Assembly: GCA_964016885.1 (NCBI GenBank)
Contig: OZ024740.1
Location: forward strand, 104,656,001-104,720,000
Length of the DNA stretch: 64,000 nt
Direction of reading: 5' to 3'
Source of the DNA: Eledone cirrhosa
Taxonomy: Eukaryota
The notes below the pieces were generated by a model. It saw nothing but the letters and a program-made list of their open reading frames with translations. It was not told the DNA's origin and did no database searches. Positions 50,020-62,892 of the stretch are shown here, in pieces. How positions within the stretch are numbered: position 1 is the first letter of the stretch; each line of letters starts with the position of its first letter. The position numbers and the translations under genes were made by a program.

Positions 50020-50740
50020 TATATAGCTTGGAGAGAGCTTCAAAGACATCTTTAATCTAAAAAAGGAGTCTTTATTAGAAGCAATAATCTGAACTGAATA
50101 AGCAGTGAAATGATGCAGTTTGGAAGTGTATGGTTGATGTTCTGTTTTAGAGCAAACATAGTTTAGTGTTTAGTAGCTCATGACATTGAATTGGGGATCC
50201 TAACGATAAAAAATTCTTAGAGCTGATAGAACTGCTGTCAAGATAGGATCCAATTCTCCATGAGCATTGGCCACAGATAGAAGAAGAGGAGGTACCCAGA
50301 TCACTATTTATCTCCGAAGTCACAAAATGGATTATCTCAGAATGTGAAGCAAAATATTTTGCTGAAAAGGAGGTTTTCAAAATATTTCAGCATCCCTTCT
50401 TCATTGAATACATAACATTTCTGTTGAGATATATCAATTTAAAGGACAGTAGGTACATGGTACAAGAAAGATTTCATAGGTTTGCAGATTGCAGCAATAA
50501 ACAAGAAAAAGAAACAGCTCCATTAATAATGGACATTTTAGAAGAGCACACTACTCCTCTGAGTGACTAAAGAATGTAAGCATATAATAACAGTGCCGAT
50601 GTGATGGGAAAGTAGAATGAAGCCCAGATAGTCATTTCCCTATGTGGCTAATATTCTTTCAATCTGTGTGGAAATGATGCAGTTGAGTACATACTAGAAT
50701 CCATAACATATTTTGGAACAGATCAAATGACTTATAGTTT
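50020..50740 (+). pseudogene. hAT (ZMYM/DUF4371-type) transposase relic
   Basis: Manual translation across stops: IGDPNDKKFLELIELLS..DPILHEH, HYLSPKSQN, VQERF..FADC, AYNNSADVMGK, FNLCGNDA...ITYFGT. Confidence 0.6.
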
Positions 50741-50834
50741 AAAACTTTTAACATTTAAAGGAAAGAATCTATTGAATATCAAATCCAATTATCAACTGAA
50801 TAAATTAGAGCCAATCTACATGTAATACTTTGCA

Positions 50835-51730
50835 TATATTATTGACATAGATGCCAACTTAAAGAATGCCACAGTGCTGAAATATAGAGATGACATCAAG
50901 CTGTACCTTGAGATAAAAAGTTCAGATCCTGAACACTATAGATTTTTCCTCCAATCAGACCTTGACACAATGCAGCAATGGATCATGGACTAGCAACTCA
51001 AGCTGGCTGTGAACAAGTGTACCACTATGCATTTTGGGAGGAAAAACCCAGCGTCCACATACTCCCCCCACAACACTAATCTCAAGAAGTCTTCTTGTGA
51101 ACGTGACTTGGGCATTACTATCAGCAGCGATTTGCATTGGTCAAAGCACATCTCTAAAACTGTATATAGTGCGGCCACACTTAAAATTTGCATCACCAGT
51201 CTGGAACCCCCATCTTGCTCAGAATATTGACCTCCTGGATGTCAATACTGTTCAGAGATGTGCGACCAAGCAAATACCCTCCATAAGGCATCTACCATAC
51301 TCTAAATGCCTTGCTTCTCTGGGCATGGATACTTTGAAGCTCTGACTTGGTAAACACCCACAAAATTATTAACCATTTTGCCAACAACCCTGAGCACCAT
51401 TTTGAATTCCATGTATCTAACACCCATGGGCATGCCTACAAAGTCAAAAAACAGCACAGTTGCCATGACTTTCGGTAACATTTTTTTATGCTTAGAGTTG
51501 CTGAAGCATGGAACAAACTACCTGCATCGGTTGTTAAATGTCGGGACACTGCATCCTTCAAAACGTCATGCTTCCAGAAATTCGGCAACACTACACCTGA
51601 TATTCCGCCTCCACACACACACATGTATCTGTGTGTATATCATGACTCATATGCTGTATAGTACATAGTACATACCTTTGATGAGTTATAGTGCACCTGA
51701 ACACTGTACACAATAATTTCATTATTATAA
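50835..51730 (+). mobile_element. CR1-clade LINE 3' fragment
   Basis: KY(R)DDIKLY, LQSDLD, KCTTMHFG, ERDLGITIS, VRPHLKFASPVWNPH, VQRCATK. Confidence 0.8.
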
Positions 51731-51745
51731 TAATATATATATATA

Positions 51746-53892
51746 CATACTTGCCATCACCGACACTGATAAAAAGGTAGCTTGGAAGTGTCACTATGAA
51801 AGGCTACTAAATGAGGAGAATAAATGGGAGAAAGACAGTCTCCCCCATATCGACCCGATAGAGGGACCAGCAGTGTTAGTCGAGGGGAGTATAATAAGTA
51901 AGGCAATCAAGGATATGAAGACTGGTAAGGCGGCTGGGCCTTCGGAAATAGTTGCTGAGATGCTGAAGGCATCTGGCACGGTGGGACACACCATGGTCAC
52001 CCGCATAGTTAACCAAGTCGTACAGAATGGGGTTGTTCCGAAGGACTGGCATAGCAGCATCATCGTTAACTGTTATAAGGGTAAAGGAGACGCCCTAGAT
52101 AGGAGTAACTATAGAGGCATTAAATTAATTGACCAGGTCATGAAGGTCACGGAAAAAGTAATAGCGCAACTAATTAGAGAGAGAATTGATCTAGATGAAA
52201 TGCAGTTCGGGTTTGTGTCAGGCAAAAGCACCACAGACGCTCTTTTCATAGTACGACAACTACAGGAGAAGTACCTAGCTAAAGGTAAACCCCTCTACTT
52301 AGCTTTTGTCGACCTGGAGAAAGCCTTCGACAGAGTCCCCCGCTCCATTATCTGGTGGGCTCTTAGAAAACTAGGCGTTGACGAATGGCTTGTGAGGGCT
52401 ATACAAGCCATGTATAAAGAAACAGTCAGCAAGGTTAGAATTAACAACGAATATAGTGAAGAGTTTAGCGTAAAAGTTGGCGTCCATCAGGGCTCTGTTC
52501 TCAGCCCCCTACTATTTATTATTGCCCTTCAGGCTATAACAGAGGAGTTCAAGACAGGCTGCCCATGGGAACTCCTATACGCAGACGACCTGACACTCAT
52601 AGCGGAATCAATGGCCGAGCTAGAGAAGAAATTCCAAACATGGAAGCACGGCCTAGAGTCAAAAGGACTTAAAATTAACCTGGCTAAGACCAAAGTTCTA
52701 GTTTGTAGGAAAGAAAACAAGGCGGCGGTCCCTTCTGGGAAATGGTCGTGCTCGGTATGTAGGAAAGGCGTAGGTAGAAACTCCATCTTATGTCCTAAAT
52801 GCAAAGTATGGGTGCATAAAAGATGTAGTGGGATCACAGGTAAGCTAACTAAGAACATAGACTTTACATGTGGCCGGTGTTCTGGTGCAATAAGTAGCAG
52901 CAAGTGCCCACAAAATACTAGCTCTTTCAATTGCGCAGAGGGTTCTATAGAAATAGTGGACAGCTTCCGTTACCTGGGCGATAAAATCAGCAGTGGGGGA
53001 GGGTGCTCTGAAAGTACTGTAGCTAGAGTCAGAACTGGTTGGAAAAAGTTCAGAGAGCTTATACCACTATTAGCTGCTAAAGGGTTCTCCCTAAAAATGA
53101 AAGGCAGGTTGTACGATGCCTGCATACGAACAGCAATGTTGCATGGTAGTGAGACCTGGGCATTGTGTGCAGAGGATATACGCAGACTAGAGAGGAACGA
53201 AGCTTGCATGCTCCGCTGGATGTGTAACAGTAATATACGTGAACGGCAAAGCATAAACGAACTAAGGAAAAAATTAGAGATAAGAGGGATCAGATGTTGT
53301 TTACTCGAGAGAAGGCTGCGTTGGTATGGACACGTGATGCGCATGAAAGTCGATAGCTGTATTACAAAGTGCAGGGCAATAAAGATAGACGGTAGCCACG
53401 GAATAGGCAGACCTAGAAAAACATGGGATGAGCTGATAAACTCCGACCTCACACACTTACACCTCTCCAAGACAATGTCACTGGACCGTGACCTTTGGCG
53501 GTACTCAGTAACAGAGAAGACCCGCCTTGCCAGTAGGCATCTCTAACAAAATACACCCCGTCCCGCCACCACCCCCACCCCATCCACACCACCCCGTTCT
53601 ATGTAAAGTTATGTTGGTGCCGCGCCAAACAAATGAGATCGTGTAGGTGTCACGACAAAAAAAACACACAGTCCACGCTGTAATGTGGCCGTGAAGGCAA
53701 CACGGTAAAAACCTCCCAGACCCACACTGTAAATGTGGTTGGTGTTAGGAAGGGCATCCAATTGTAGAAAACCTGCCAGACAGTCCTATGCGAGCAAGAC
53801 AATCACTCTTGCCTCAAGTGGGACTACCCCCGTCCAAACCCATGCAAGCGTGGAACACGGACATTAAACGTTGATGATGATGATGATGATGA
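51746..53892 (+). mobile_element. 5'-truncated young RTE-PHD LINE
   Basis: Highly similar to 38467-40750; (GAT)n tail. Confidence 0.95.
51873..53546 (+). CDS. RTE reverse transcriptase with embedded PHD finger (truncated copy, open frame)
   Basis: 557-aa uninterrupted ORF with all RT motifs including YADD. Confidence 0.88.
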   Translation: MLVEGSIISKAIKDMKTGKAAGPSEIVAEMLKASGTVGHTMVTRIVNQVVQNGVVPKDWHSSIIVNCYKGKGDALDRSNYRGIKLIDQVMKVTEKVIAQLIRERIDLDEMQFGFVSGKSTTDALFIVRQLQEKYLAKGKPLYLAFVDLEKAFDRVPRSIIWWALRKLGVDEWLVRAIQAMYKETVSKVRINNEYSEEFSVKVGVHQGSVLSPLLFIIALQAITEEFKTGCPWELLYADDLTLIAESMAELEKKFQTWKHGLESKGLKINLAKTKVLVCRKENKAAVPSGKWSCSVCRKGVGRNSILCPKCKVWVHKRCSGITGKLTKNIDFTCGRCSGAISSSKCPQNTSSFNCAEGSIEIVDSFRYLGDKISSGGGCSESTVARVRTGWKKFRELIPLLAAKGFSLKMKGRLYDACIRTAMLHGSETWALCAEDIRRLERNEACMLRWMCNSNIRERQSINELRKKLEIRGIRCCLLERRLRWYGHVMRMKVDSCITKCRAIKIDGSHGIGRPRKTWDELINSDLTHLHLSKTMSLDRDLWRYSVTEKTRLASRHL

Positions 53893-53922
53893 CATATATG
53901 TATATATGTATATATATATATA

Positions 53923-54417
<495 letters not shown>

Positions 54418-54531
54418 TTTTCGGTATGCCTGACCTTAACTCACTCGATATGCAAATTAGGCTGCTCAGCCATTAATTTTCATAAGGGAAGTATATACTT
54501 TCGAACGTTCAACTATCTGGCAGAAGGGTAT

Positions 54532-54574
54532 ACGGTGCTGATGATAGCTAACAAGCTTGAAACTAGTACATCGT
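54532..54574 (+). ncRNA. minimal type I hammerhead (Penelope-like type)
   Basis: ACGGTG-CTGATGA-T-AGCT aaca AGCT-T-GAAA-CTAG-TA-CATCGT: stem I ACGGTG/CATCGT (one G-U), palindromic stem III ACTAGT, GTA site at 54568. Confidence 0.75.
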
Positions 54575-54871
54575 TCCTGTGTCAGTGTTGAACAAAAAGG
54601 TGACGTGGTTGCCTTAACACTGTATGGCATAAATCAGGCTGTTCAGTTTGTTTACAAACGAACAAAGTGGCGTTATAATAAGCGTCCGCTAAACTGATAC
54701 GTGCATATATGTATGTGTACCTGTATGTGTATATATATATATGTATATATATATGCATGCTACTGTACGTCTGTATACATATATGTATGTACGTATACAT
54801 ACATACTTACATTTAAGTAAGTGCCGTACTAAGAGTGAGAAATGAAATTTCGTTTTCATTTTATTTCAACT

Positions 54872-54925
<54 letters not shown>

Positions 54926-54957
54926 AAAATGTGTGTAATCCTTGGTACAGTTAGGTA

Positions 54958-55320
54958 TATTAAAACAGGGGGGAAGAAAAAATGGCTTCACTTGTGCTTT
55001 CAACAATTTTATTTTCTTCACAAAATCCAAAAAGAATTTTTTTCCCGGATTGGAAAAAAATTTTTTTTCTTAAAAAAAATTATTTTATAAATTAAGTCTT
55101 TGACAAGCGCACCTCAGCGTGAAAGGTCGTTCTAAAAACGAAACAATACCTCCTACGTTAACCAAGAACTCCTAAGACCTAACTTAATTTATAAAATAAT
55201 TTTTTTAAGAAAAAATTTTTTTTTCTAATCCGGGAAAAAAAATCTTTTTGGATTTTGTGAAGAAAATAAATTTGTTGAAAGCACAAGTGAAGCCATTTTT
55301 TCTTCCCCCCTGTCTTAATA
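54958..55320. repeat. ~140-bp inverted repeat with 84-bp spacer
   Basis: 54958-55097 is the reverse complement of 55182-55320 with few mismatches; the same peptide appears in ORFs on opposite strands. Confidence 0.9.
55092..55182 (+). ncRNA. type I hammerhead motif, U3-A8 core, extended stem III
   Basis: Stem I TTAAGTCT/AGACCTAA (one mismatch); core TTGACAA 55100-55106; stem II GCGC/GCGT; GAAA 55121-55124; stem III AGG..GTTCT/AGAAC.CCT; CTA site at 55174. Confidence 0.6.
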
Positions 55321-55322
55321 TA

Positions 55323-55358
<36 letters not shown>

Positions 55359-55385
55359 TGTATGTATGTATGTGTGTGTGTATAA

Positions 55386-55611
55386 GTAAAAAGTAAAAGT
55401 GAAAAAGCACAGGGTATATTTAAAGATTATTTTTTTATTTAATCTGACAATGAATACTTTTATCATTGTCACATTTAATATATTTAAATTTTGTCAAATA
55501 TTTGACAATTTAATGTATTTAATGTAATAATTATAAAAATATTCATTCTGTCGGATTAAAGAAAAAATTATCTTTAAATATACCCTGTGCTTTTTCATTT
55601 TTACTTTTTAC
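55386..55611. repeat. spacerless imperfect palindrome, ~113-bp arms
   Basis: Centre TTGTCAAAT/ATTTGACAA at 55499/55500; arms include GCACAGGGTATATTTAAAGAT and its reverse complement. Confidence 0.85.
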
Positions 55612-55672
55612 CTCTAATCTTTGATTTGTATGGAACTTTACCCCCTTTGTCAAATATATATTTGTATACAAT

Positions 55673-55860
55673 AATTGTTTTTACTTTTGGCACAAGGCCA
55701 GCAATTACCCCAGTGCGTTACTGGTGCTTTATTTTATCGACCCTGTAAGGATGAAAGGCAAAGTTAACCTCAGCAGGATTTGAACTCAGAACGTAAAGGG
55801 CCATAACTATACTGCAAAGCACGGTATCTGATACACTACCGATACTGCCAATCCACTGCC
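55673..55860 (-). mobile_element. tRNA-derived SINE
   Basis: A box TGGCAGTATCGG, B box GAGTTCAAATCC, same core as 32972. Confidence 0.8.
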
Positions 55861-56100
55861 CTATATAATGATAATTGTGAGGGCCAGTTGTAGAAATTCA
55901 TAACTCATTTTATCCAGAATCTGTCATGATACATATTTCCGTAGCATACATGATTAAGCAATACTAGCAGCCAACATGATTTCATCAGACAGCATTTTAG
56001 TCATGTAGGTGGTTGCATTGCATAAAATATATATTAATACAGATTCTGAATATTAATTTCTACACCTGGCCTTCGAAATTATCATTATTGTATATATATA

Positions 56101-56292
56101 GGGCGGTGGATTGGCAGTATCAGTAGAGGGTCGGATGCCATGCTTTGACGCATAGAGTTACGGCCCTTGCCATTCTGAGTTCAAATCCCGCCAAGGTTAA
56201 CTTTGCCTTTCAACTTTACAGGGTCGATAAAATAAAGTACCAGTAATGCACTGGGTAATTGCTGACCTCGTGCCAAAAGTAGAAACAATTAT
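56101..56292 (+). mobile_element. tRNA-derived SINE (same family, opposite orientation)
   Basis: GGCGGTGGATTGGCAG...GAGTTCAAATCC...GTAGAAACAATTATT. Confidence 0.8.
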
Positions 56293-56339
56293 TGTATATA
56301 TATATCCTTCATACGCATATGAAGGATGATAGCTGCAAC

Positions 56340-56992
56340 GTATGAAAGATGATAGCTGCATAAAAAGGTGCAGAGCACTAGAAGTCGATGGAAACCAAGG
56401 AGTGGGGAGACCCAAGAAGACATGGGATGAGGTGATAAAAGCCGACCTTACCCAATTACACCTCTCAAAGCCGATGACACATGACTGTGACCTCTGGCGT
56501 CATGCAGTAATACAGACGATCCGTCTAACTCATGCTAGCATGGAAGAACGGACGTAAAACGGTGATGATGATGATATATATATGTATGTGTATATATATA
56601 TATTGAAAAAGGGGGTGAAGTTCCATACAAATCAAAGATTATAGGTAAAAAATAAAAGTATACACTCTGTCATGTACTACTAAATCACATTTTGAAGGAT
56701 AAACATGTTGAGTATTTGAATCTAACTTCATCATTGTTTACTGATTGGAGTGTTGCATACCCAGTTTGTCAACATTTTATACAAGAGTATATATATAGGA
56801 ATAAAACTAATGGACCAAGTTATGAAGGTGACCAAAAGAGTTATAGCACATCTAATCAGGGAAAGAGTCAAATTAGATAAGAAGCAGTTCGGTTTTATGC
56901 CTAGAAAAAGTACTTCAGATGTCCTGTTCTTAGTGAGACAACTACAAGAGAAGTTTCTAGCGAAGAAGAAGCCACTATATTTAGCTTTTGTT

Positions 56993-56995
<3 letters not shown>
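56340..56995 (+). mobile_element. RTE-PHD lineage fragments (3' end 56340-56575; RT piece 56795-56995)
   Basis: GRPKKTWDEV...IRLTHASMEERT plus GAT tail; GIKLMDQVMKV...QFGF...LYLAFV. Confidence 0.8.
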
Positions 56996-57043
<48 letters not shown>

Positions 57044-57181
57044 GCTAGCGTAGAAGAATGGACGTAAAACGGGGATGATAATGATGATGATGATGATGAT
57101 GATATATATATATATATTAAATTCAAAGGGATATATATATATATATATATATAGTTAGACATAGTCACAGATACATATATG

Positions 57182-57218
<37 letters not shown>

Positions 57219-57537
57219 TATATATATATCTATTATAGTTATTATATGTATATCTATTATATTTATGTATGTGTGTAGCATAATGGTCAACAAGTCAAAA
57301 GAGCACTCTATATTCAGAAGCAGAGCCAAGAATTATGACAGGGCTGGTCGTTTGTATTACATGTATAATACATCCAACAAACATCTACATAGTTTCCATC
57401 TACCCAATTCCATTTAAAAGGCTTGGGTTGACCCTAGGCTATGTATGGTAAAGATAGTTTCTCAAGATATAACCTGTTGGGATTGAACACATGATTGTGA
57501 AGGAAACTTCCTAACCACTCAGACATACCTGTATTTA

Positions 57538-57783
57538 TACAGGGGTCGGCTAAAAGTATATAGGCTGAAAAGTTCATAGGCCGAAGAAGATATTTTTATT
57601 GAATGACCAAATGTTGTTTATTTTTCACAATAGTCCTTGGAAAGAAACAATGCATTTATTAATAAGAAGAGTTGAGTTGAAATTAATGCATGCAAGGTTT
57701 CATAGCTCTTGCATCACTTCATAGTTTCACAGCTCTTGCATCACTTCATAGTCAGCCTATAAACTTTTCAGCCATCCCTCATA
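57538..57783. mobile_element. mariner-type MITE
   Basis: Same TIR family, with small internal duplications. Confidence 0.75.
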
Positions 57784-58133
57784 TATCATTTTAGGAAATC
57801 CATCCAACAGCTAATCCCCTTTAATCAGGTATTAGAGATAATCTCTTGTGCATTATTTTTTATTTTAGCTGACGGTTTCTACCCTGACAACTACTACACA
57901 TAGACAACTGGTTTATTGATTACACAAGTTTGTACATATGCATAACATACACATACATATATATGCATGTACATGCACATCACATGCACTCACACAACAC
58001 ATACACACCTACACATATATAGATGCATACTCATATGTATACATTCACACACCTACACATCTGTGTACACTGATAAGCAAACACTTGTATGTCTGTACAT
58101 GCAAGCAAGTACGCACAGACAGACAGACAAATA

Positions 58134-58166
<33 letters not shown>

Positions 58167-58417
58167 TTAAACTTGTACATTCACATATACATATCTATAT
58201 CATCATCACCTGATAGGATAGATACACATATAGATACACATATGCATAATTGCCCCTCTTGTCATGAAGAAGATACAATTAAAACCTTCAAAGTGACTAC
58301 AAATGCTAAACCTCAAAATCCTTTACATGAGCCTCTACATGGGAGTTTGTCTTACTAGAAATAACTGCTAAATCACCCTTAAATCACACTTTACTGTCAT
58401 AAAAAAAAACATCTTGA

Positions 58418-58622
58418 TACAAGGGTCGGCTGAAAAGTTCATAGGCTGACAAAATAAACTCTCATAGAATGACCAAATGAGGTTTATGTTTCAACATGGT
58501 CCCTGTGAAGAAACAATGCAGCTATTAATAAGAAGAGTTGAAATTGATGCATGCAGGATTTCACAGCTCTAGCATCACTCCTTCATCATCAGCTTATGAA
58601 CTTTTCAGCCTACTCTCACATA
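58418..58622. mobile_element. mariner-type MITE
   Basis: TACAAGGGTCGGCTGAAAAGTTCATAGGCTGAC...GAACTTTTCAGCC. Confidence 0.8.
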
Positions 58623-58642
58623 ATGTGGCTTTGGGTTCCTTG

Positions 58643-59772
58643 TGGTTCCATTCATTTTGAGCAAAGTCGTTTTGAACAAAGTTAATTTTGAGGAAAGTCA
58701 TTTTGAGCGAAACATTAAGAGCAAACAGTAATTTCAGTGAAGATTAATTTTAAGCGAAATATATACTATTGTACATTTGGTCTACAAAAGACAAAATATT
58801 TTGGAATTTGTTCAGGAGAACCTGCACAAAAGAAGAGGAAATACATGAACTTAGAAAGAAGAATTAAAAGCGTTGTTGAATCAAGAGAAAATTTAGAAAT
58901 TACAGGTTATCTTAGACACCTTGCCTACAACATTTCTTTTTGAATTTTTATTCTTTCTAGAATTAATCTTTTTGATTTTAAACATTGTGAATTTTTAGTT
59001 TATTCTACCGTAAAATGTGTTTATTTTTAATAATTTTTTATTTACCCATTGTCAAGGTGTATTCATTTGTATAAAAAAAATTGTAGATTTGTAGTATATA
59101 TATATTTTTTTCAACTTCGTTCAAAACGTCTTTAAAAATACAGTTTGAGGTTAGCTCAAATTGACATCTATATATATAAAAGCGAAGATGTGTGTGTGTG
59201 TGTCTGTGGACAGCTTAAGGCTTTTACAATTCCCAACCGAATTTGACCAAATTTCCTGTGCATGTTGCACCTGTCGCTAAGATGGTCACGTCACAAAAAC
59301 TTTTGAAATTAACCCACGTTGAGCAATAAAAAATCGATAGCAAAATTACTTTTTCTAAAGTGCATGATGTAAGGTAGAAATCAATCAAAACAAAATCCTT
59401 ATGGGATTTTCCATTCAAACTGTTGGGACCTACAACTTTTCAGCTGTAGCTTGAACATTTTTTTGTCACTCACAACAAAATTGTAGGTGTTTATTCTCTG
59501 CACTACAAGGCTCTTAATCGAGCATCGATTTTCTTCTAAGTCACATGCCTGTGTCAGCAAACCCATAAAAACTAAATCCTTATGGGATTTTCCATTCAAT
59601 TCACTTCCTAGCTGTATATTCTTAGAATAATTTCAAACCCCGGGCAATGCCGGGTAAATCTGCTAGTCACTTAATAAGCATTGATCAAACTGCACATAAT
59701 TTTAACTTTGCTCAAAATGACTTTGCTCAAAATGACTTCGCTCAACTTGACTTTGCTCAAACAACTGGATAT
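58643..59772 (+). mobile_element. non-autonomous Mutator-like (MULE) element with tandem 15-bp subterminal repeats
   Basis: Inverted arrays of TTTTGAGCAAAGTCA at both ends; ~9-bp TSD GGTTCC(T/C)TG; transposase C-terminal remnant GEPAQKKRKY...RIKSVV...YLRHLAYNISF. Confidence 0.75.
59167..59666 (+). mobile_element. non-autonomous Helitron (500 bp)
   Basis: 5' TC, 3' CTAG, subterminal hairpin CCCGGGC-AAT-GCCGGG; inserted between A and T with no TSD. Confidence 0.85.
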
Positions 59773-60061
59773 GGTTCCCTGCACATAGGAAAAAAGACAG
59801 GGTAATCACAGTTGGAATGCTTTTGATCACAGGTCTGTCTTGTCAGAGTTGTTAACCTGTGACTAAATATTACACTCTTTTGTTACCACATTTCTGCCTA
59901 CAAATGTTCAAATCATTTTTAATATTTTAAAGAATTTCAAGAGGTTTAGTAAAATAACTAACTTTCTCACTATTTGTCTGGTTTGGGGGCATAATGTTAC
60001 AAAGGGTCTTACATGAAATGAAATTATGCGAGAAGGTTTTAGATAAATATATACACTTTAA

Positions 60062-60282
60062 CCCTTTAGCATTTACATTACTCTATATTTACTATTGTAT
60101 TTTTACAGAAAAGGCTTTATCTCACATAATTATCTTACATAATATCGAATCTACAAGATTTTGATCTTATTTATTTTGAGAACAATACCTTAATGCCGGC
60201 ATGAGCAGCCGGTTATGAACGGTTTGAACAGAAAAAGGTGAGGGAATTATGGCCGGATATGGCTGGTTTAAATATCAAAGGG
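60062..60282. mobile_element. piggyBac-like MITE nested in an older TTAA-ended element (~59870-60352)
   Basis: TTAA/CCCTTT...AAAGGG/TTAA. Confidence 0.7.
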
Positions 60283-60663
60283 TTAAAATATAAAGCATTG
60301 TGTCATAGAACCAAGAGTGATTTCAGTTGGCATGTTATTGAAAGGGTTAAGTAAATTAAAGTAAAAACATATTGATTCTTGTATTGAAACCCTCTTTAAG
60401 ACCAACAAATACTTCAGACCTGATCAATCGCTGACCTTCTGCAAAATTCCAGTAAGATCTACATTAGTGTGCAGCTCCCACACTTAGAATGTTGTTACCG
60501 ATTGACACGGAGACATTCTAGACTACATCCTAAAAAAAGGCAGATCAATTAATTAGTGATGATTTGATCACTAACATGCTATAAGAACTATTTCTATGAC
60601 GCACTGTTTCTGCAGCACACTGTAAAAAGTGAATCAGGGCAAACTGAATCAACCTATATCACT

Positions 60664-61030
60664 CATCATCATCATCATCATCATCGTTTTTAGTCCATTT
60701 TTCCACACTTGCATGGATTGGACAAGTTCTTTTCAGCACAGCATTGCCCCACTTGTCACATTCCTTCATCATCTCTGACAGACTCAGCTATTTGAGGTCA
60801 GCTATCACCACCTCTGCCCAGGTCCTCCTTGCTTTACCTCAACTGTGGCTTCCCTCCACTGGGATTTCCTGGCACTTCTTCACTCAGCAATCATCATCTA
60901 TGCACATCACATGTCCGTACCAATGCAATCTTCTCTCTTGCTCACCACTTTGGATTCCTCTTAAACACAGCTTCTCCCACAGTTCATCCAAACTCTGCTT
61001 TTCTCTCACACTTACATTGCATATCCAATC
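60664..61030 (-). mobile_element. RTE 3' fragment
   Basis: ERRLHWYGHVMC; (GAT)n tail. Confidence 0.75.
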
Positions 61031-62892
61031 TACAACACAAAAAATCATTATCAAAGTAAAAAAAAGGGTGGGGTGTAAAGGACCCTTAACTCCTGACAGA
61101 GCCATAATGGTGCTGTCCTGATGTACAGCATGTTTTGGGCATTTTAAACCTGGAAGAGCCCATCATTCTCCAAGTCAGAACACAGCTGTTTTCTTCCAAG
61201 GAAAGAAACAGAGGGAAAGAAATGAGAGAGTGATAAACAGTGACAAAGAGGACCAAGCCCAGTACTGGACTGGTATTTTATTTATCGACCTCAAAAGGAT
61301 GAAAGGGAAAGTTGATCTCAGTAAAATTTGGACTCAGAACGCAGTTAGCTGGAGCAAATACAAAGGAAATTTTAACCCAATTTTCTCATGACTCTAATCA
61401 AATTTACCACCTCATCAGACAAAATACTGGGTTCAACTTAAACCTTTGATTTGGCTGAGCAAACATAAATACAATAAAATTACTGAAACTGGCAAAAGAT
61501 GATACAGGTGGTGCTTGAGTGTGGGGATAGAAGAGATATCTGATCTGACACATGATTGACAAGGCAATGTAACCACTTCCCCACCACCATTGGTGTGTAG
61601 TCCAACCCTGTCTCCACATCCTCACCCCATCTGTCTTCCTTAGTGGATGATGAGTAGATCTGCTCTAATCAAGCAGACCTAAAAGTAAAAGGCATTCTGA
61701 CCATGACCACGTAGTCTGCTTGTGTTCTCTTTTTTAAGACAGAAAGGTAAGATTTCGGGGAATTTGGCTGCTATTTCTAGCAGCTCGAATAAGCATATAG
61801 AGACGTTGTTGTTGACTCAATGGTGGACAGGTAGATGCAGAAACTGGGGCAAAATGAATAACCTCACCCAGTTCACCCTGTAAGGTGGTTGTGCTGGTGT
61901 CATGATGAAAAAGTACCCAATCCAACCTGTCAGTTGGTTGTTTTGATGCCAAGATAAAAAGCACCTAGTCCAGTTGTAGAGGATATGATCACCTAACATG
62001 ACTTGTCTCAAAATAGGACAACTTATCTAACCCATGCTAGCATGGAAAATAGATATTGAATGGTGATTATGATGATAATAATAATGATGGTGTGAGGTGG
62101 ACATATTTGAAAAGGTTGAAGACAAGCAAAGCCCTGATTAACTTTTTCAGACGTAAAATACAGTTTGTTGAAATGTTGGGGAGAGTATTGAGCATGGCCA
62201 AAGTGAATGGGCCTGCTCTGAGTATGCGCCTGTAGAATGGGGGACAACTGGGAAGCGGCACTTGTCCTAGCTTTCAGGGGGACCATGGCTTTTGTGGGCT
62301 TTCTCCATGAGTGACCATAGGAAGTCTCCCCACTATTGAGGAATTTATTTTTGTTTGAATTTTTTACATGTTACTTTGTTTTTCTTATAGCAAAAAATAA
62401 AATACCAGTCAAGTACTGGGGTTGATATAATCAACTTTCTCCTTTCCTCTTCTCATCCAAATTGCTGGCCTTGTGGCAAAAATTAGAAACCATTGTTATT
62501 ATTATCATCTGCTTTTAAAAAGCTTCATTCAAGATTTTAACATACTATCAGATGTACTTTAATGTAGAAGAGGTATGTGAAGCATTGTTCTTTAGTGCTG
62601 TGTTATGGTATTTCTGTTACATTCAGTTTTTAGTGGCATGTTATGTGTGTGAAGTTTGTTTTATTGTTTCTATTGTTACTCTAGTATACTGTTTGCATGT
62701 GCTTCCTAATGCCAATCACTTCACAGCATGTACATTTCATCATGGCACCAGCACTATCACCTGACAGGGTAGACTGGCTGCTTTTTTTTCTGAAAAATGG
62801 TCATGGGCTCTGCCTTTCATCCTCTAACTAAACCTCCTCCACATCATCATCATCATCAGCATCATCCTCTGCCTTCTCCTCATCATCATTTT

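Noticed and set aside
55921-55995. Minus-strand CTGATGA...GAAA with CTGT/ACAG flanks
   Set aside because: No stem II adjacent to the core, and stem I is out of register by 3 nt.
56690-56780. Minus-strand TTGACAA-ACTG...CAGT-AAAC hammerhead-like string
   Set aside because: G12 is missing and no stem I partner was found.
58650-58712. Short regularly spaced repeats that could suggest a CRISPR array
   Set aside because: No unique spacers, a eukaryotic context, and a mirrored array at 59700-59760 identify them as MULE subterminal repeats.
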